A stretch of 55,066 bases of DNA from Candidatus Omnitrophota bacterium (GTDB lineage: Bacteria > Omnitrophota > Omnitrophia > Omnitrophales > Aquincolibacteriaceae). A program made the position numbers and the translations under genes. The DNA lies in contig JAHFHG010000009.1 in the NCBI GenBank assembly GCA_023247035.1, positions 1-55,066 of the forward strand, written 5' to 3'. The notes beneath the pieces are model-generated. The model searched no databases. It was not told the origin of the DNA and was given only the letters and a program-made list of their open reading frames with translations. Below, piece after piece: positions 10,539 through 18,933 of the stretch (position 1 is its first letter; each line of letters opens with the position of its first letter).

Positions 10539-12208
10539 ATCGACCCTTTGTCTTTTCCCACGCGGTCAGGACTCCCCAGGACTATTTTTGGGAGCGGTTC
10601 TTCGGAATCCTGCCCGGTTTTCTGAGCTGGGCCATCCTGATAGGGATCACCTTGTTTTCATTCACCCGGCCTCTTTATGCCGCCGTGGTCATTATCGCGA
10701 TTGATATCTTCTGGCTCTTTCGGATTTTTTATATGACCCTTTTTCTTGTGCTGGCCTACGCCGTGCTGGCAATCGAGAAGGAGACGGATTGGATTGAGCG
10801 CTGCCGCCTGCTTGAAAAAGGCCAAAGGGCGCTTTCGATTCTGCGGAAAAAAAGATGGCTTGTCGGCAAGCGGGGAAAGATCAAGCGGTGGTTTGATTTT
10901 AAGAATCAAGAAAGGGAATTAAGAGAAGCCCTTCGCCGCAAGATCCGTGTCCCTTCCTTTGATTCGATTTATCATGTGGTTCTCATTGCCGCGGCCCGGG
11001 AAGGGGCTGAGGTTATTGAGCCCGGCCTGGAGGCCTTGAGCTGCAGCCGGTTTCCTGCGCAAAGGATCCTGCCGGTGCTGGCGATTGAAGAAAGGGCCGG
11101 AGCCCAGCAGCTCGAAATGGCCGAGGGGCTTTGCAGGAAATACCGCCGTCATTTCTTCGACTTCCTTGTCGCGGTCCATCCCGACGGCATTCCGGGAGAG
11201 GCGCGCGTCAAGGGGGCGAATGCGACCTGCGCGGCAAAGCAGACGGCCCGGTTTCTGGAAGAAAAAAAGATACCCTTTGAACACGTGGTCTTGTCTTGTT
11301 TTGATGCGGACACCATTCCGAGCGCGAATTACTTTGCGGCTTTGACGTACCATTTTATGCGCCACCCCAACAGGACGCGTTCGAGCTTCCAGCCGATCCC
11401 GGTTTATCACAACAATATTCTGGAGGCGCCCGCCTTTGTCCGTGTCCTTGAAACCGGCTCTTCATTTTTTCAATTGGTCGAGGCCACGAATCCCGAGAAG
11501 CTGGTCACGTTTTCAAGCCACAGCATGAGTTTCAAGGCCTTGGTGGAGATCGGTTACTGGCCCGTGGATATGATCTCGGACGATTCCGCCATTTTCTGGA
11601 AGGCGCTGATTCATTACGGCGGGGATTACCGCGTCGTTCCGATGTATGTCACGCTTTCGATGGATGTCGTGACGGCGGATTCGGTCGCGAAGACGCTGGT
11701 GAGCGTTTACAGGCAGAAAAAAAGATGGGCGTGGGGAGTTGAAAATTTTCCTATCGTGATGCGCGCTTTTATCCAGGAGAAACGGATCTCGTTTGCGAGT
11801 AAATTGCGCTACGTCATCAAGCTTTTGGAGATGCACATTTCGTGGGCCACGCTGGGGTTCCTGATGACCCTGATCGGCTGGCTGCCGGCCATTTTCGCCG
11901 GCCAGGAATTTTCCAACTCTGTGGTGTATTACAATTCTTCGCGGATCACGGGCCTGATTTTTAATCTTGCTTCAACGGCCCTGGTGATTACCATTATCCT
12001 TTCCCACCTTCTTTTACCCAAGCGAAAGACCCATTATCCTTTTTCCAAAAGGATCCTGCTGGCCCTGGAATGGCTGCTGGTCCCGCTGGTTTTTACTTTC
12101 TTGAGTTGTCTGCCCGCGCTGGACGCCCAAACCTGCCTGATGGCCGGCCGCGCGCTGGAATTCAGAATCTCGGAAAAGAAGCGGAAAAAAATGGCCCCTA
12201 AACCTTGA
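10535..12208 (+). CDS. Membrane-bound GT2 family glycosyltransferase
   Basis: KGAN, FDAD (DxD), ISDD and QKKRWAWG (QxxRW) motifs; N- and C-terminal TM helices. Confidence 0.88.
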   Translation: MNRPFVFSHAVRTPQDYFWERFFGILPGFLSWAILIGITLFSFTRPLYAAVVIIAIDIFWLFRIFYMTLFLVLAYAVLAIEKETDWIERCRLLEKGQRALSILRKKRWLVGKRGKIKRWFDFKNQERELREALRRKIRVPSFDSIYHVVLIAAAREGAEVIEPGLEALSCSRFPAQRILPVLAIEERAGAQQLEMAEGLCRKYRRHFFDFLVAVHPDGIPGEARVKGANATCAAKQTARFLEEKKIPFEHVVLSCFDADTIPSANYFAALTYHFMRHPNRTRSSFQPIPVYHNNILEAPAFVRVLETGSSFFQLVEATNPEKLVTFSSHSMSFKALVEIGYWPVDMISDDSAIFWKALIHYGGDYRVVPMYVTLSMDVVTADSVAKTLVSVYRQKKRWAWGVENFPIVMRAFIQEKRISFASKLRYVIKLLEMHISWATLGFLMTLIGWLPAIFAGQEFSNSVVYYNSSRITGLIFNLASTALVITIILSHLLLPKRKTHYPFSKRILLALEWLLVPLVFTFLSCLPALDAQTCLMAGRALEFRISEKKRKKMAPKP

Positions 12209-12272
12209 AAGGAATGGGCTGGCACCCGCCCGAAGGGCTCATTTTAATATCTTGTTTTGATCTGTTTTGATC

Positions 12273-12301
12273 TTGCATCTTTAATTGTTGGATTCTATAA
12301 T
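12273..12301 (+). promoter_or_regulatory. Sigma-70 promoter of the aminotransferase operon
   Basis: TTGCAT-17 bp-TATAAT. Confidence 0.65.
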
Positions 12302-12434
12302 GCCTCCTTATGTTCGGCGCCTGGCATAAGATCGCTTTCAGAACCCCGGCAATCATTGATCTCCAATTTTCTTATCACCTAACCTCTCTGCGAAAATCAA
12401 CGGATGGAAATTTTGTGAGAGAAAGAAAAGGCCT

Positions 12435-13850
12435 GTGAAAACATCAACCCCTTTTATTTCAGAACCCCTCCATGCGGATATTAAATCCCAGGAAGAAAAT
12501 CTTTTGGCCCGTGAAAAGGAAGTCTGTTCTTACGGGGACACGGTTCATTACGCGCAGCGCCCCAAGATTTTCGAACGCTGCGAAGGCAGCTTTCTTTACG
12601 ACGCGGAGGGAAGGCCTTATCTGGATCTGCAGATGTGGTATTCGGCCGTCAATCTGGGTTATGCGAATCCTCAAGTCAATGAAGCCCTGAAGCGCCAGAT
12701 CGATCAATTGCCGCAGCTGGCTTGCCAATACTTGCACCGGGAAAAAATAGAGCTGGCCGAGCGGATTGTCGACAGCATGAAAAAGAGTTTCGGCTTGAAA
12801 GGCCGCGTCCATTTCAATGTGGGAGGCTCCCAGGCCGTCGAGGACGCCTTGAAACTTGTCCGGAAAAATACGGGCCGTTCGCGGATGCTGGCGTTTGAGG
12901 GCGGCTATCATGGACGCACCCTCGCGGCTTCCGCGATTACTTCATCCTACCGGTATCGCGAAGCCTACGGAGAATTTTCCGACCGCGCCGAATTCATCCC
13001 CTTTCCTTATATTTTCCGCTCCCCTTTCCTCGATCCTGCTCAAGTCGAAGATCATTACATCCGGGAATTTGAGCGCAAATTCCAGCATGAATATACGGGA
13101 ACCTGGAATCCCAAGACCGGCCGCGCGGAGTTTGGTGCGATTTTTGCGGAGGCCGTGCAGGGGACAGGCGGTTACATTATCCCGCCGAAAAATTATTTCA
13201 AGCGCTTAGCAAAAATCTGCCGGGAACACGGGATCCTTTTCGTGGACGACGAAATTCAAATGGGATTTTACCGGACAGGGAAAATGTGGGCCCTCGAACA
13301 TTTCGACGTGCAGCCCGACATTCTGGTTTTCGGCAAGGCCCTGACCAACGGGATGAATCCTTTGTCCGGCATTTGGGCCCGCGAGGAATTGATTTCGCCC
13401 GAGAAATTCGGCCCCGGTTCCACGCATTCCACTTTTTCCTCCAATCCCCTCGGGACGGCGGCGGGGCTTGAAGTCATGAAGCTTCTTGAGAAAAAAGATT
13501 ACGAGAGGTCCGTTCCGGAAAAGGGCGCCTATTTTCTTGATCATCTCCGGCGGCTTCAAAAAAAGCACCCGGAAATTGGAGATGTGGACGGCCTCGGGCT
13601 GGCCTTGAGAATGGAGATGTGCGAGGCAGACGGCAAAACGCCGGCCCGTGCGCTTGCAGACCGCATGTTCCAGCTGGGGCTTGAGGGGAAGCTTCAGAAC
13701 GAGGCATCGAGCGTGGGTTTGATTCTGGATATCGGCGGCTACTACAAAAATGTGGTGACCCTTGCGCCTTCCCTGGAAATCAGCCGCGAAGAAATGGATC
13801 TTGCCTGCGAGCTTCTGGATCAAGTGATCGCGCAGGCGAAACACAAATAA
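12435..13850 (+). CDS. Class III PLP-dependent aminotransferase
   Basis: GGYHGRT, EAVQGTGG, DDEIQMGFYRTG, FGKAL (PLP lysine), HSTFSSNP. Confidence 0.92.
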   Translation: MKTSTPFISEPLHADIKSQEENLLAREKEVCSYGDTVHYAQRPKIFERCEGSFLYDAEGRPYLDLQMWYSAVNLGYANPQVNEALKRQIDQLPQLACQYLHREKIELAERIVDSMKKSFGLKGRVHFNVGGSQAVEDALKLVRKNTGRSRMLAFEGGYHGRTLAASAITSSYRYREAYGEFSDRAEFIPFPYIFRSPFLDPAQVEDHYIREFERKFQHEYTGTWNPKTGRAEFGAIFAEAVQGTGGYIIPPKNYFKRLAKICREHGILFVDDEIQMGFYRTGKMWALEHFDVQPDILVFGKALTNGMNPLSGIWAREELISPEKFGPGSTHSTFSSNPLGTAAGLEVMKLLEKKDYERSVPEKGAYFLDHLRRLQKKHPEIGDVDGLGLALRMEMCEADGKTPARALADRMFQLGLEGKLQNEASSVGLILDIGGYYKNVVTLAPSLEISREEMDLACELLDQVIAQAKHK

Positions 13851-13861
13851 GCGAAGGAATT

Positions 13862-14785
13862 ATGGGAGTTCAATTTTGTTTTTATTTGCCTAAGAAGCCA
13901 AGCCCGGCCGCGTTGCCCAACGGTCTTGATTTTAAGATCGAATCGTCACAGGCGACTGTGATTTTGATCCACGGCCTGACCGGAACGCCGAATGAAATGA
14001 AGTACCTTGCCGGCTATCTCCACCGCAGGGGATATTCGGTGGTCTGCCCGCGCCTTGCCCGGCACGGCGAACCCCTGCATGTGCTCCAAGGCGCCAAATG
14101 GCAGGAGTTCTATCAGTCCGTCCGTAAGACCCTGCGGGAGATTCCGTCCGGACAGAAAATCTTTGTAGCCGGGCTTTCGATGGGCGCATTACTCGCGCTG
14201 CTTTTGGCCGAGGAATTTCCGCAAAGGGTCGCCGGAGTGAGCTGTTTGTCTCCGACCCTATTTTATGACGGCTGGAATGTCCCTTGGACTCAACGGCTGC
14301 TGCCGCTTGCTTACTACACGCCGATCCGCTATTTTGCCTATTATAAAGAGGAGCCGCCTTACGGGATAAAAAATGAAGCCATCCGGCGGAGGGTCCATGA
14401 CTACTACAAACAGGCCTCGCTTCTGGATGATTCGGGCGTGGCCAAATACGGTTATCCTTATTTTCCCGTGACCCTTTTCTGCGAGCTCCGGCTCATGATC
14501 CAACATCTCAAAGGGAAACTGCCGCTTATCCGCCAGCCGGTGCAGATGATTCAGGCTTATGAAGATGATATGACCAGCATTAAAAATTCCCAGTTCATTT
14601 ATGACCGGATCCCTTCCCAGGAAAAAGAATTGATTCTTTTATATGATTCCTATCACGTGATTACGGCGGACCAGGAAAGGGGAAACGTCGCGAAAAAAAT
14701 GGGCGCGTTTTTCGATGGAATATGCGCCCGGGCCTTGTCAAAAAATCCGGTTGAAATCCGGAAGGAAACCCTGTGTCAGATTTGA
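13862..14785 (+). CDS. Alpha/beta-fold hydrolase (carboxylesterase/lipase-like)
   Basis: IHGLTG oxyanion motif, GLSMG nucleophile, EDD and DSYH catalytic residues. Confidence 0.88.
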   Translation: MGVQFCFYLPKKPSPAALPNGLDFKIESSQATVILIHGLTGTPNEMKYLAGYLHRRGYSVVCPRLARHGEPLHVLQGAKWQEFYQSVRKTLREIPSGQKIFVAGLSMGALLALLLAEEFPQRVAGVSCLSPTLFYDGWNVPWTQRLLPLAYYTPIRYFAYYKEEPPYGIKNEAIRRRVHDYYKQASLLDDSGVAKYGYPYFPVTLFCELRLMIQHLKGKLPLIRQPVQMIQAYEDDMTSIKNSQFIYDRIPSQEKELILLYDSYHVITADQERGNVAKKMGAFFDGICARALSKNPVEIRKETLCQI

Positions 14786-15468
14786 ATCCCGAAAAAAACT
14801 CCGTTGTCTTCATGGATTTTGACAATACGATTACCTGCGGCGATGTCTTGGATGCGGTGATCGAGCGGTTTTCCATTAGCCGCCAGTGGCAGGCCTTTGA
14901 GGAAGATTGGAAGGCGGGAAGGATCGGCTCAAAGGAATGCCTCGAAGCCCAGCTCAGTCTGATCCGCGTCCGCAAAGACGATCTGGCCGATTATGTGCGT
15001 CACATTCCGATCGATCCTTTTTTTCCGGAGCTGCTGGAAATCCTGCGCGTCCGAAAAATTCCCTGCCTGATTCTAAGCGACAGCTTTTCTTTTATGATCC
15101 ATACGATTCTCGAGCGTCACAGCATTTCCGGCATCCCCGTTTACGCCAATGAATTGAGATTTCAAGAGGACCGGCTCGTCCCCCTTTTCCCTTACTCGTC
15201 GAGCGAGTGCAAACGCTGCGCCCATTGTAAAAAGCCCCACCTCCTTGCCGATCCGGAAAAATACCGGATTTATGTAGGCGACGGTTTATCGGATGTCTGC
15301 CCTTCCTTGGAAGCCGATCTTGTTTTTGCCAAGGCCGGCTTGAGGAAACACCTTCAGGAGATGGGGATGTCCTGCCGTTTATTTCAGAGTTTGGACGAGA
15401 CCGGGCCATTTTTCAAATCCTTAAAGAAAAATTCTATCGCAGAAAAAATGGCATGCCATCCGGCTTAG
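14773..15468 (+). CDS. MtnX-like HAD-IB family phosphatase
   Basis: DFDNTIT motif I, CAHCK, GDGLSD motif IV, FAK. Confidence 0.88.
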   Translation: MSDLNPEKNSVVFMDFDNTITCGDVLDAVIERFSISRQWQAFEEDWKAGRIGSKECLEAQLSLIRVRKDDLADYVRHIPIDPFFPELLEILRVRKIPCLILSDSFSFMIHTILERHSISGIPVYANELRFQEDRLVPLFPYSSSECKRCAHCKKPHLLADPEKYRIYVGDGLSDVCPSLEADLVFAKAGLRKHLQEMGMSCRLFQSLDETGPFFKSLKKNSIAEKMACHPA

Positions 15469-15469
15469 A

Positions 15470-16651
15470 ATGAATTCTGCCGGATTGCTTGATCTCCCGC
15501 GGGATATTTCCTTCACCACAAAAATTTTCAGCAGGGCCTCGGATATTCCGGTTGAAGAATGGAGGCGCATTTATCCTGATATTCTGGAAAGCCGCTCCTT
15601 TTTCAAAACCCTGGATGAATCCGGCCTAAGTCAGTTTGAGTTTTATTATCTGGCCGTCTACGCAGGGGAAGAAAAAGTTGCCCTGGCGCCTTTTTTTCTC
15701 ATGCGTTATCTTCTGGACACGACGGTGCAAGGCCTCCTTAAAGCCTTCCTGCTAAAAATAAAAAAAATATTCCCGCGCTTTTTGGAATTGAAGGCTGTGG
15801 TTTGCGGCTTGCCGATGGGGCAAGGGAGAATCGGCAGGAACGAGGACTCCGGGAAAATGATGGACGCCATTCGCAGCGGCCTTGAATCTTTCGCCGAGGA
15901 AAAACAGATTTCGGTCATTGGATTCAAGGATTTCGATCAGGAAGACTGCCGTTTTCTGGAGGGGCTGCAGGCTCAGGGATACTATCAATTTGAAAACTTC
16001 CCCTCGACCGAAATGGATATTCCTTTTCAATCCTTGGAAGAATATTTGAAATCGCTCAGCAAGGTTTCACGCGAGGGCTTCAAGCGCAAGCTCAGAAAGG
16101 CGGACAGGGAAGGCTGCCTGGAAATGGAAATCAAAAACAGGCTGGAGCCCGATGAAATGGACCTCGTCTACTCTCTTTATCTCCAGACGGCCCGAAAAAA
16201 TACGGAGCTTTCCTTTGAGATTTTATCCAGGGATTTCTTCGGGCGCATTTCGGAAAATATGCCCGGGGAAACGCGCTATTTTCTCTGGCGCAAAGACGGA
16301 CGCCTGGCCGCCTTCGCATTATGCCTTGTCTCAAAGCAGCGCATGATCGATTATTATCTGGGTTTTGATTATTCCATCGCTTATGACTACCACCTTTACT
16401 TTGTCCGGTTCCGTGACTTGATGAATTGGTGCATTCAAAATAAAATCCAAAAATATGAAATGGGACCGACAAGTTATGAACCGAAACGGCGGCTGGGCTT
16501 CGGATTTGTCCGGCTTTTTATTTATGCCAAACACCGGAATAAATTCGCGAATCCTTTTTTTCATCTTCTTTGGAGGCTGCTGAGGCCGGAAAATTTCGAA
16601 GGGATTTTCAAAACGGTGAGGAAAAATGAACCGGCCCGCGCTGACGCTTAA
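15470..16651 (+). CDS. GNAT/FemAB-like acyltransferase family protein
   Basis: SLEEYLKSLSKVSREGFKRKLRK, YYLGFDY and EMGPTSYEPKRRLG, typical of FemAB-like GNAT proteins. Confidence 0.8.
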   Translation: MNSAGLLDLPRDISFTTKIFSRASDIPVEEWRRIYPDILESRSFFKTLDESGLSQFEFYYLAVYAGEEKVALAPFFLMRYLLDTTVQGLLKAFLLKIKKIFPRFLELKAVVCGLPMGQGRIGRNEDSGKMMDAIRSGLESFAEEKQISVIGFKDFDQEDCRFLEGLQAQGYYQFENFPSTEMDIPFQSLEEYLKSLSKVSREGFKRKLRKADREGCLEMEIKNRLEPDEMDLVYSLYLQTARKNTELSFEILSRDFFGRISENMPGETRYFLWRKDGRLAAFALCLVSKQRMIDYYLGFDYSIAYDYHLYFVRFRDLMNWCIQNKIQKYEMGPTSYEPKRRLGFGFVRLFIYAKHRNKFANPFFHLLWRLLRPENFEGIFKTVRKNEPARADA

Positions 16652-17042
16652 AGTTTTCCTGGCCGTGATTGTGAATGATCTCATTGACGGCCTGGCGCAG
16701 ATGATGATGAAAATGGGGCTGGTCCAGCCGGCCGTTTTTTCATTTTCGATTCACGATACCCTCATTTTTATCCTCCAAAACGCCGCTTCTCCGCTGGTCT
16801 GGGCCGGGATTTGCCTTTACGCCCTCAACTTTTTCATTTGGATCGCCATTCTTTCCCGCATTGACTTGAGCCTGGCCGTTCCCTTGGGAAGCGCGACCTA
16901 CCTTGTGATCCCGCTGCTTGCCATGTTTTTTTTGCATGAAAACATGCCGCCCCTGCGGTGGGCGGGGATTTTTCTCATCATGGCCGGCATTTATTTATTA
17001 TCCCAAAGCAAACCTTCTCCGGCGCCTCTTTCCGCTTTATGA
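16626..17042 (+). CDS. EamA/SMR-type small membrane protein (ArnE/ArnF-like)
   Basis: Four TM helices; LSRIDLSLAVPL and LHENMPPLRWAGI motifs. Confidence 0.85.
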   Translation: MNRPALTLKVFLAVIVNDLIDGLAQMMMKMGLVQPAVFSFSIHDTLIFILQNAASPLVWAGICLYALNFFIWIAILSRIDLSLAVPLGSATYLVIPLLAMFFLHENMPPLRWAGIFLIMAGIYLLSQSKPSPAPLSAL

Positions 17043-17404
17043 TTCAGACCTTGATCTTTGTGCTGGTTGCGGAAATATGGAACACGGCTGGTCAAATTTT
17101 TTTCAAGAAAGCAACCCATGATACGGCCTGCATTGCGACCACAGGCGCCTTCCACGATTTTTGGGTCAGCATCCTCCGGCAGCCTAAAATAGGTTTGGGA
17201 TTGGCCTGCATGGCCATGGGCCTTGTGGTCTGGCTGGCGGCTCTGAGTAACGCCCCATTGAGCCTGGTGTTCCCGCTCGGCAGCCTGCAATATATTTTAG
17301 TCCTTTTGGCCTCCAGGATTTTTTTGTCGGAACAAATTGACAGGATGCGGCTTTGGGGGACTTTGCTGATTGCGGCAGGAATCATGCTTACCGCTTTAAG
17401 CTGA
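17039..17404 (+). CDS. EamA/SMR-type small membrane protein (second subunit)
   Basis: Four TM helices; GQIFFKK, LSLVFPL, LSEQIDRMRLWG; ATGA overlap with the previous gene. Confidence 0.85.
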   Translation: MIQTLIFVLVAEIWNTAGQIFFKKATHDTACIATTGAFHDFWVSILRQPKIGLGLACMAMGLVVWLAALSNAPLSLVFPLGSLQYILVLLASRIFLSEQIDRMRLWGTLLIAAGIMLTALS

Positions 17405-17439
17405 GGCGGGCGCTCACGGGCTGTGAAATCCGCTCACGG

Positions 17440-17473
17440 CCTCTCCGCAATGCCTTTGCGGATTCCGTTTTTT
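17440..17473 (+). terminator. Putative intrinsic terminator after the EamA pair
   Basis: TCCGCAA-tgcct-TTGCGGA hairpin followed shortly by a T-run. Confidence 0.4.
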
Positions 17474-17476
17474 GGC

Positions 17477-17506
17477 TTTACAGTTTTCAGGGGATTATGG
17501 GATAAT
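17477..17506 (+). promoter_or_regulatory. Putative promoter of the bactofilin-HTH operon
   Basis: TTTACA-18 bp-(TGg)GATAAT; GGAGG SD upstream of ATG 17538. Confidence 0.5.
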
Positions 17507-17537
17507 CCACCGCTATCCACAACCCAAAGGAGGCTCC

Positions 17538-18071
17538 ATGGTTAAGAAAAGGGAAGAGACGGAAGAAAAAATACTCGACGTCGACGCGAGTATGCAGGGA
17601 ACCATTGCTTTCAAGGACCCCGTGAATCTCAGAATCAATGGAAGCTTTGAAGGGAAACTGGATACCCGCGGGAATCTGACCATCGGGGAAAATGCGAAGG
17701 TAAAGGCCGGCATTCACGGCGACCGGATTGTGATTGCCGGAAAGGTTACGGGAGATGTCCAGGCCGTCCTGTCCCTTTCCATCGTTGCTCCGGCTGTTGT
17801 GCGGGGTAATATCACCACACCGCGCTTGGTCGTCGGTGAAGGCGCCGTCATCGAAGGGCAAATTACAATGTTCGGCGGCCGCCAGAGCGGGGAAGGCCTG
17901 GACGTTGAAATGACCCTGAAAGATGTGGCTCAGTACCTTGAGGTGGAAGCCAAAGTTGTGGAAGAGTGGGCCCACCAGAAAAAAATCCCGTCACGGTCCG
18001 AAAACGGCGATTGGATTTTTTCCCGGGCTGCGATCGACCGCTGGATCCAGGAAGAAAACGCGCGAGCCTGA
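17538..18071 (+). CDS. Bactofilin (polymer-forming cytoskeletal) domain fused to a C-terminal excisionase/HTH_17-type domain
   Basis: Beta-helix repeats (LRINGSFEGKL...LTIGENAKVKAGI...IVIAGKVTGDV...VVRGNITTPRLVVGEGAVIEGQITM) followed by MTLKDVAQYL...KIPS...WIFSRAAIDRWI. Confidence 0.88.
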   Translation: MVKKREETEEKILDVDASMQGTIAFKDPVNLRINGSFEGKLDTRGNLTIGENAKVKAGIHGDRIVIAGKVTGDVQAVLSLSIVAPAVVRGNITTPRLVVGEGAVIEGQITMFGGRQSGEGLDVEMTLKDVAQYLEVEAKVVEEWAHQKKIPSRSENGDWIFSRAAIDRWIQEENARA

Positions 18072-18076
18072 CAGAC

Positions 18077-18184
18077 ATCAATCAAAAATCAAACGGCTCG
18101 GCCTGCCCCCGGGCGCGGAACGGGAATATTCATTCAGCATACTTTGCACGCATTTTGATTTTTGTGATTTGATCTTTGGACTTT
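18077..18184. repeat. Intergenic inverted A-rich/T-rich palindromic element
   Basis: CAAAAATCAAA (18083-18093) is the exact reverse complement of TTTGATTTTTG (18154-18164), with degenerate flanking repeats. Confidence 0.5.
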
Positions 18185-18185
18185 T

Positions 18186-18470
18186 ATGAATAATCTGTTG
18201 ACTCTTGAAGAGGTAAAAAATTTTCTCGCCGTTGACCAAGAGCGCGTTGAAAAATTTTTAGAACAGGGAAAACTGCACGCCTACAAAATAGGCGGCACCT
18301 ATATCCGTTTCCGTAAAGAAGAGATACTCACCCTCCACTCAGAACTCCTTCCCAAGCCGAAAGGCAAACCCTTTCTTGCCCGCGTGGGCGACTTCTGGCG
18401 GTTTAACAATTTTTATATTGTTTCCCTCCTCATCCTTATTGCCATCGTAGCCCTCACCATGAGGAATTAG
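18186..18470 (+). CDS. Excisionase/HTH_17-type domain protein with C-terminal transmembrane helix
   Basis: LLTLEEVKNFL...GKLHAYKIGGTYIRFRKEEI followed by FYIVSLLILIAIVALTM. Confidence 0.82.
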   Translation: MNNLLTLEEVKNFLAVDQERVEKFLEQGKLHAYKIGGTYIRFRKEEILTLHSELLPKPKGKPFLARVGDFWRFNNFYIVSLLILIAIVALTMRN

Positions 18471-18483
18471 CGGTCTTTCTCGA

Positions 18484-18900
18484 ATGGAAATCCGCCAGGG
18501 GATCGACATGACAAGCGTGCGGCGGATTCAAAAAGCGATCCAGCGCCGCGGCCGGTTTTTTTTGAATCGGGTTTTTACACTTTCCGAACAGGCTTATTGC
18601 GGATCCAAGCGTATGAAATACGAGCATTATGCGGCCCGGTTTGCAGCCAAAGAGGCCGCGATTAAAGCCTTTAAGATAAAAAAATGCGTCGGGCTCGCGG
18701 GGTTCGCTGGGCTCGCTGGGCTCGCTGGGCTCGCCATGCGGGACATTGAAATCCGCCGCAAGCCCACCGGCCGGCCTTTCATTTACCTTGCGCAAAAAGT
18801 GCGGAAACGTTTCCAGATTCCCGGCAATTGCCGGATTGAGCTCTCGATGACGCATGAGCGGGAATATGCGATCGCAACCGTTTTGCTGGTCCTGCCTTGA
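18484..18900 (+). CDS. acpS: Holo-[acyl-carrier-protein] synthase
   Basis: GIDM, FTLSEQAYC, AARFAAKEA, GRP, LSMTHEREYA. Confidence 0.92.
   Translation: MEIRQGIDMTSVRRIQKAIQRRGRFFLNRVFTLSEQAYCGSKRMKYEHYAARFAAKEAAIKAFKIKKCVGLAGFAGLAGLAGLAMRDIEIRRKPTGRPFIYLAQKVRKRFQIPGNCRIELSMTHEREYAIATVLLVLP
18691..18735 (+). repeat. In-frame 9-bp tandem repeat (5 copies) in acpS
   Basis: GGGCTCGCG GGGTTCGCT GGGCTCGCT GGGCTCGCT GGGCTCGCC encodes GLA GFA GLA GLA GLA. Confidence 0.85.
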
Positions 18901-18933
18901 AGCGAAATAAATTCAAAACTAAAGATCAGTAGT

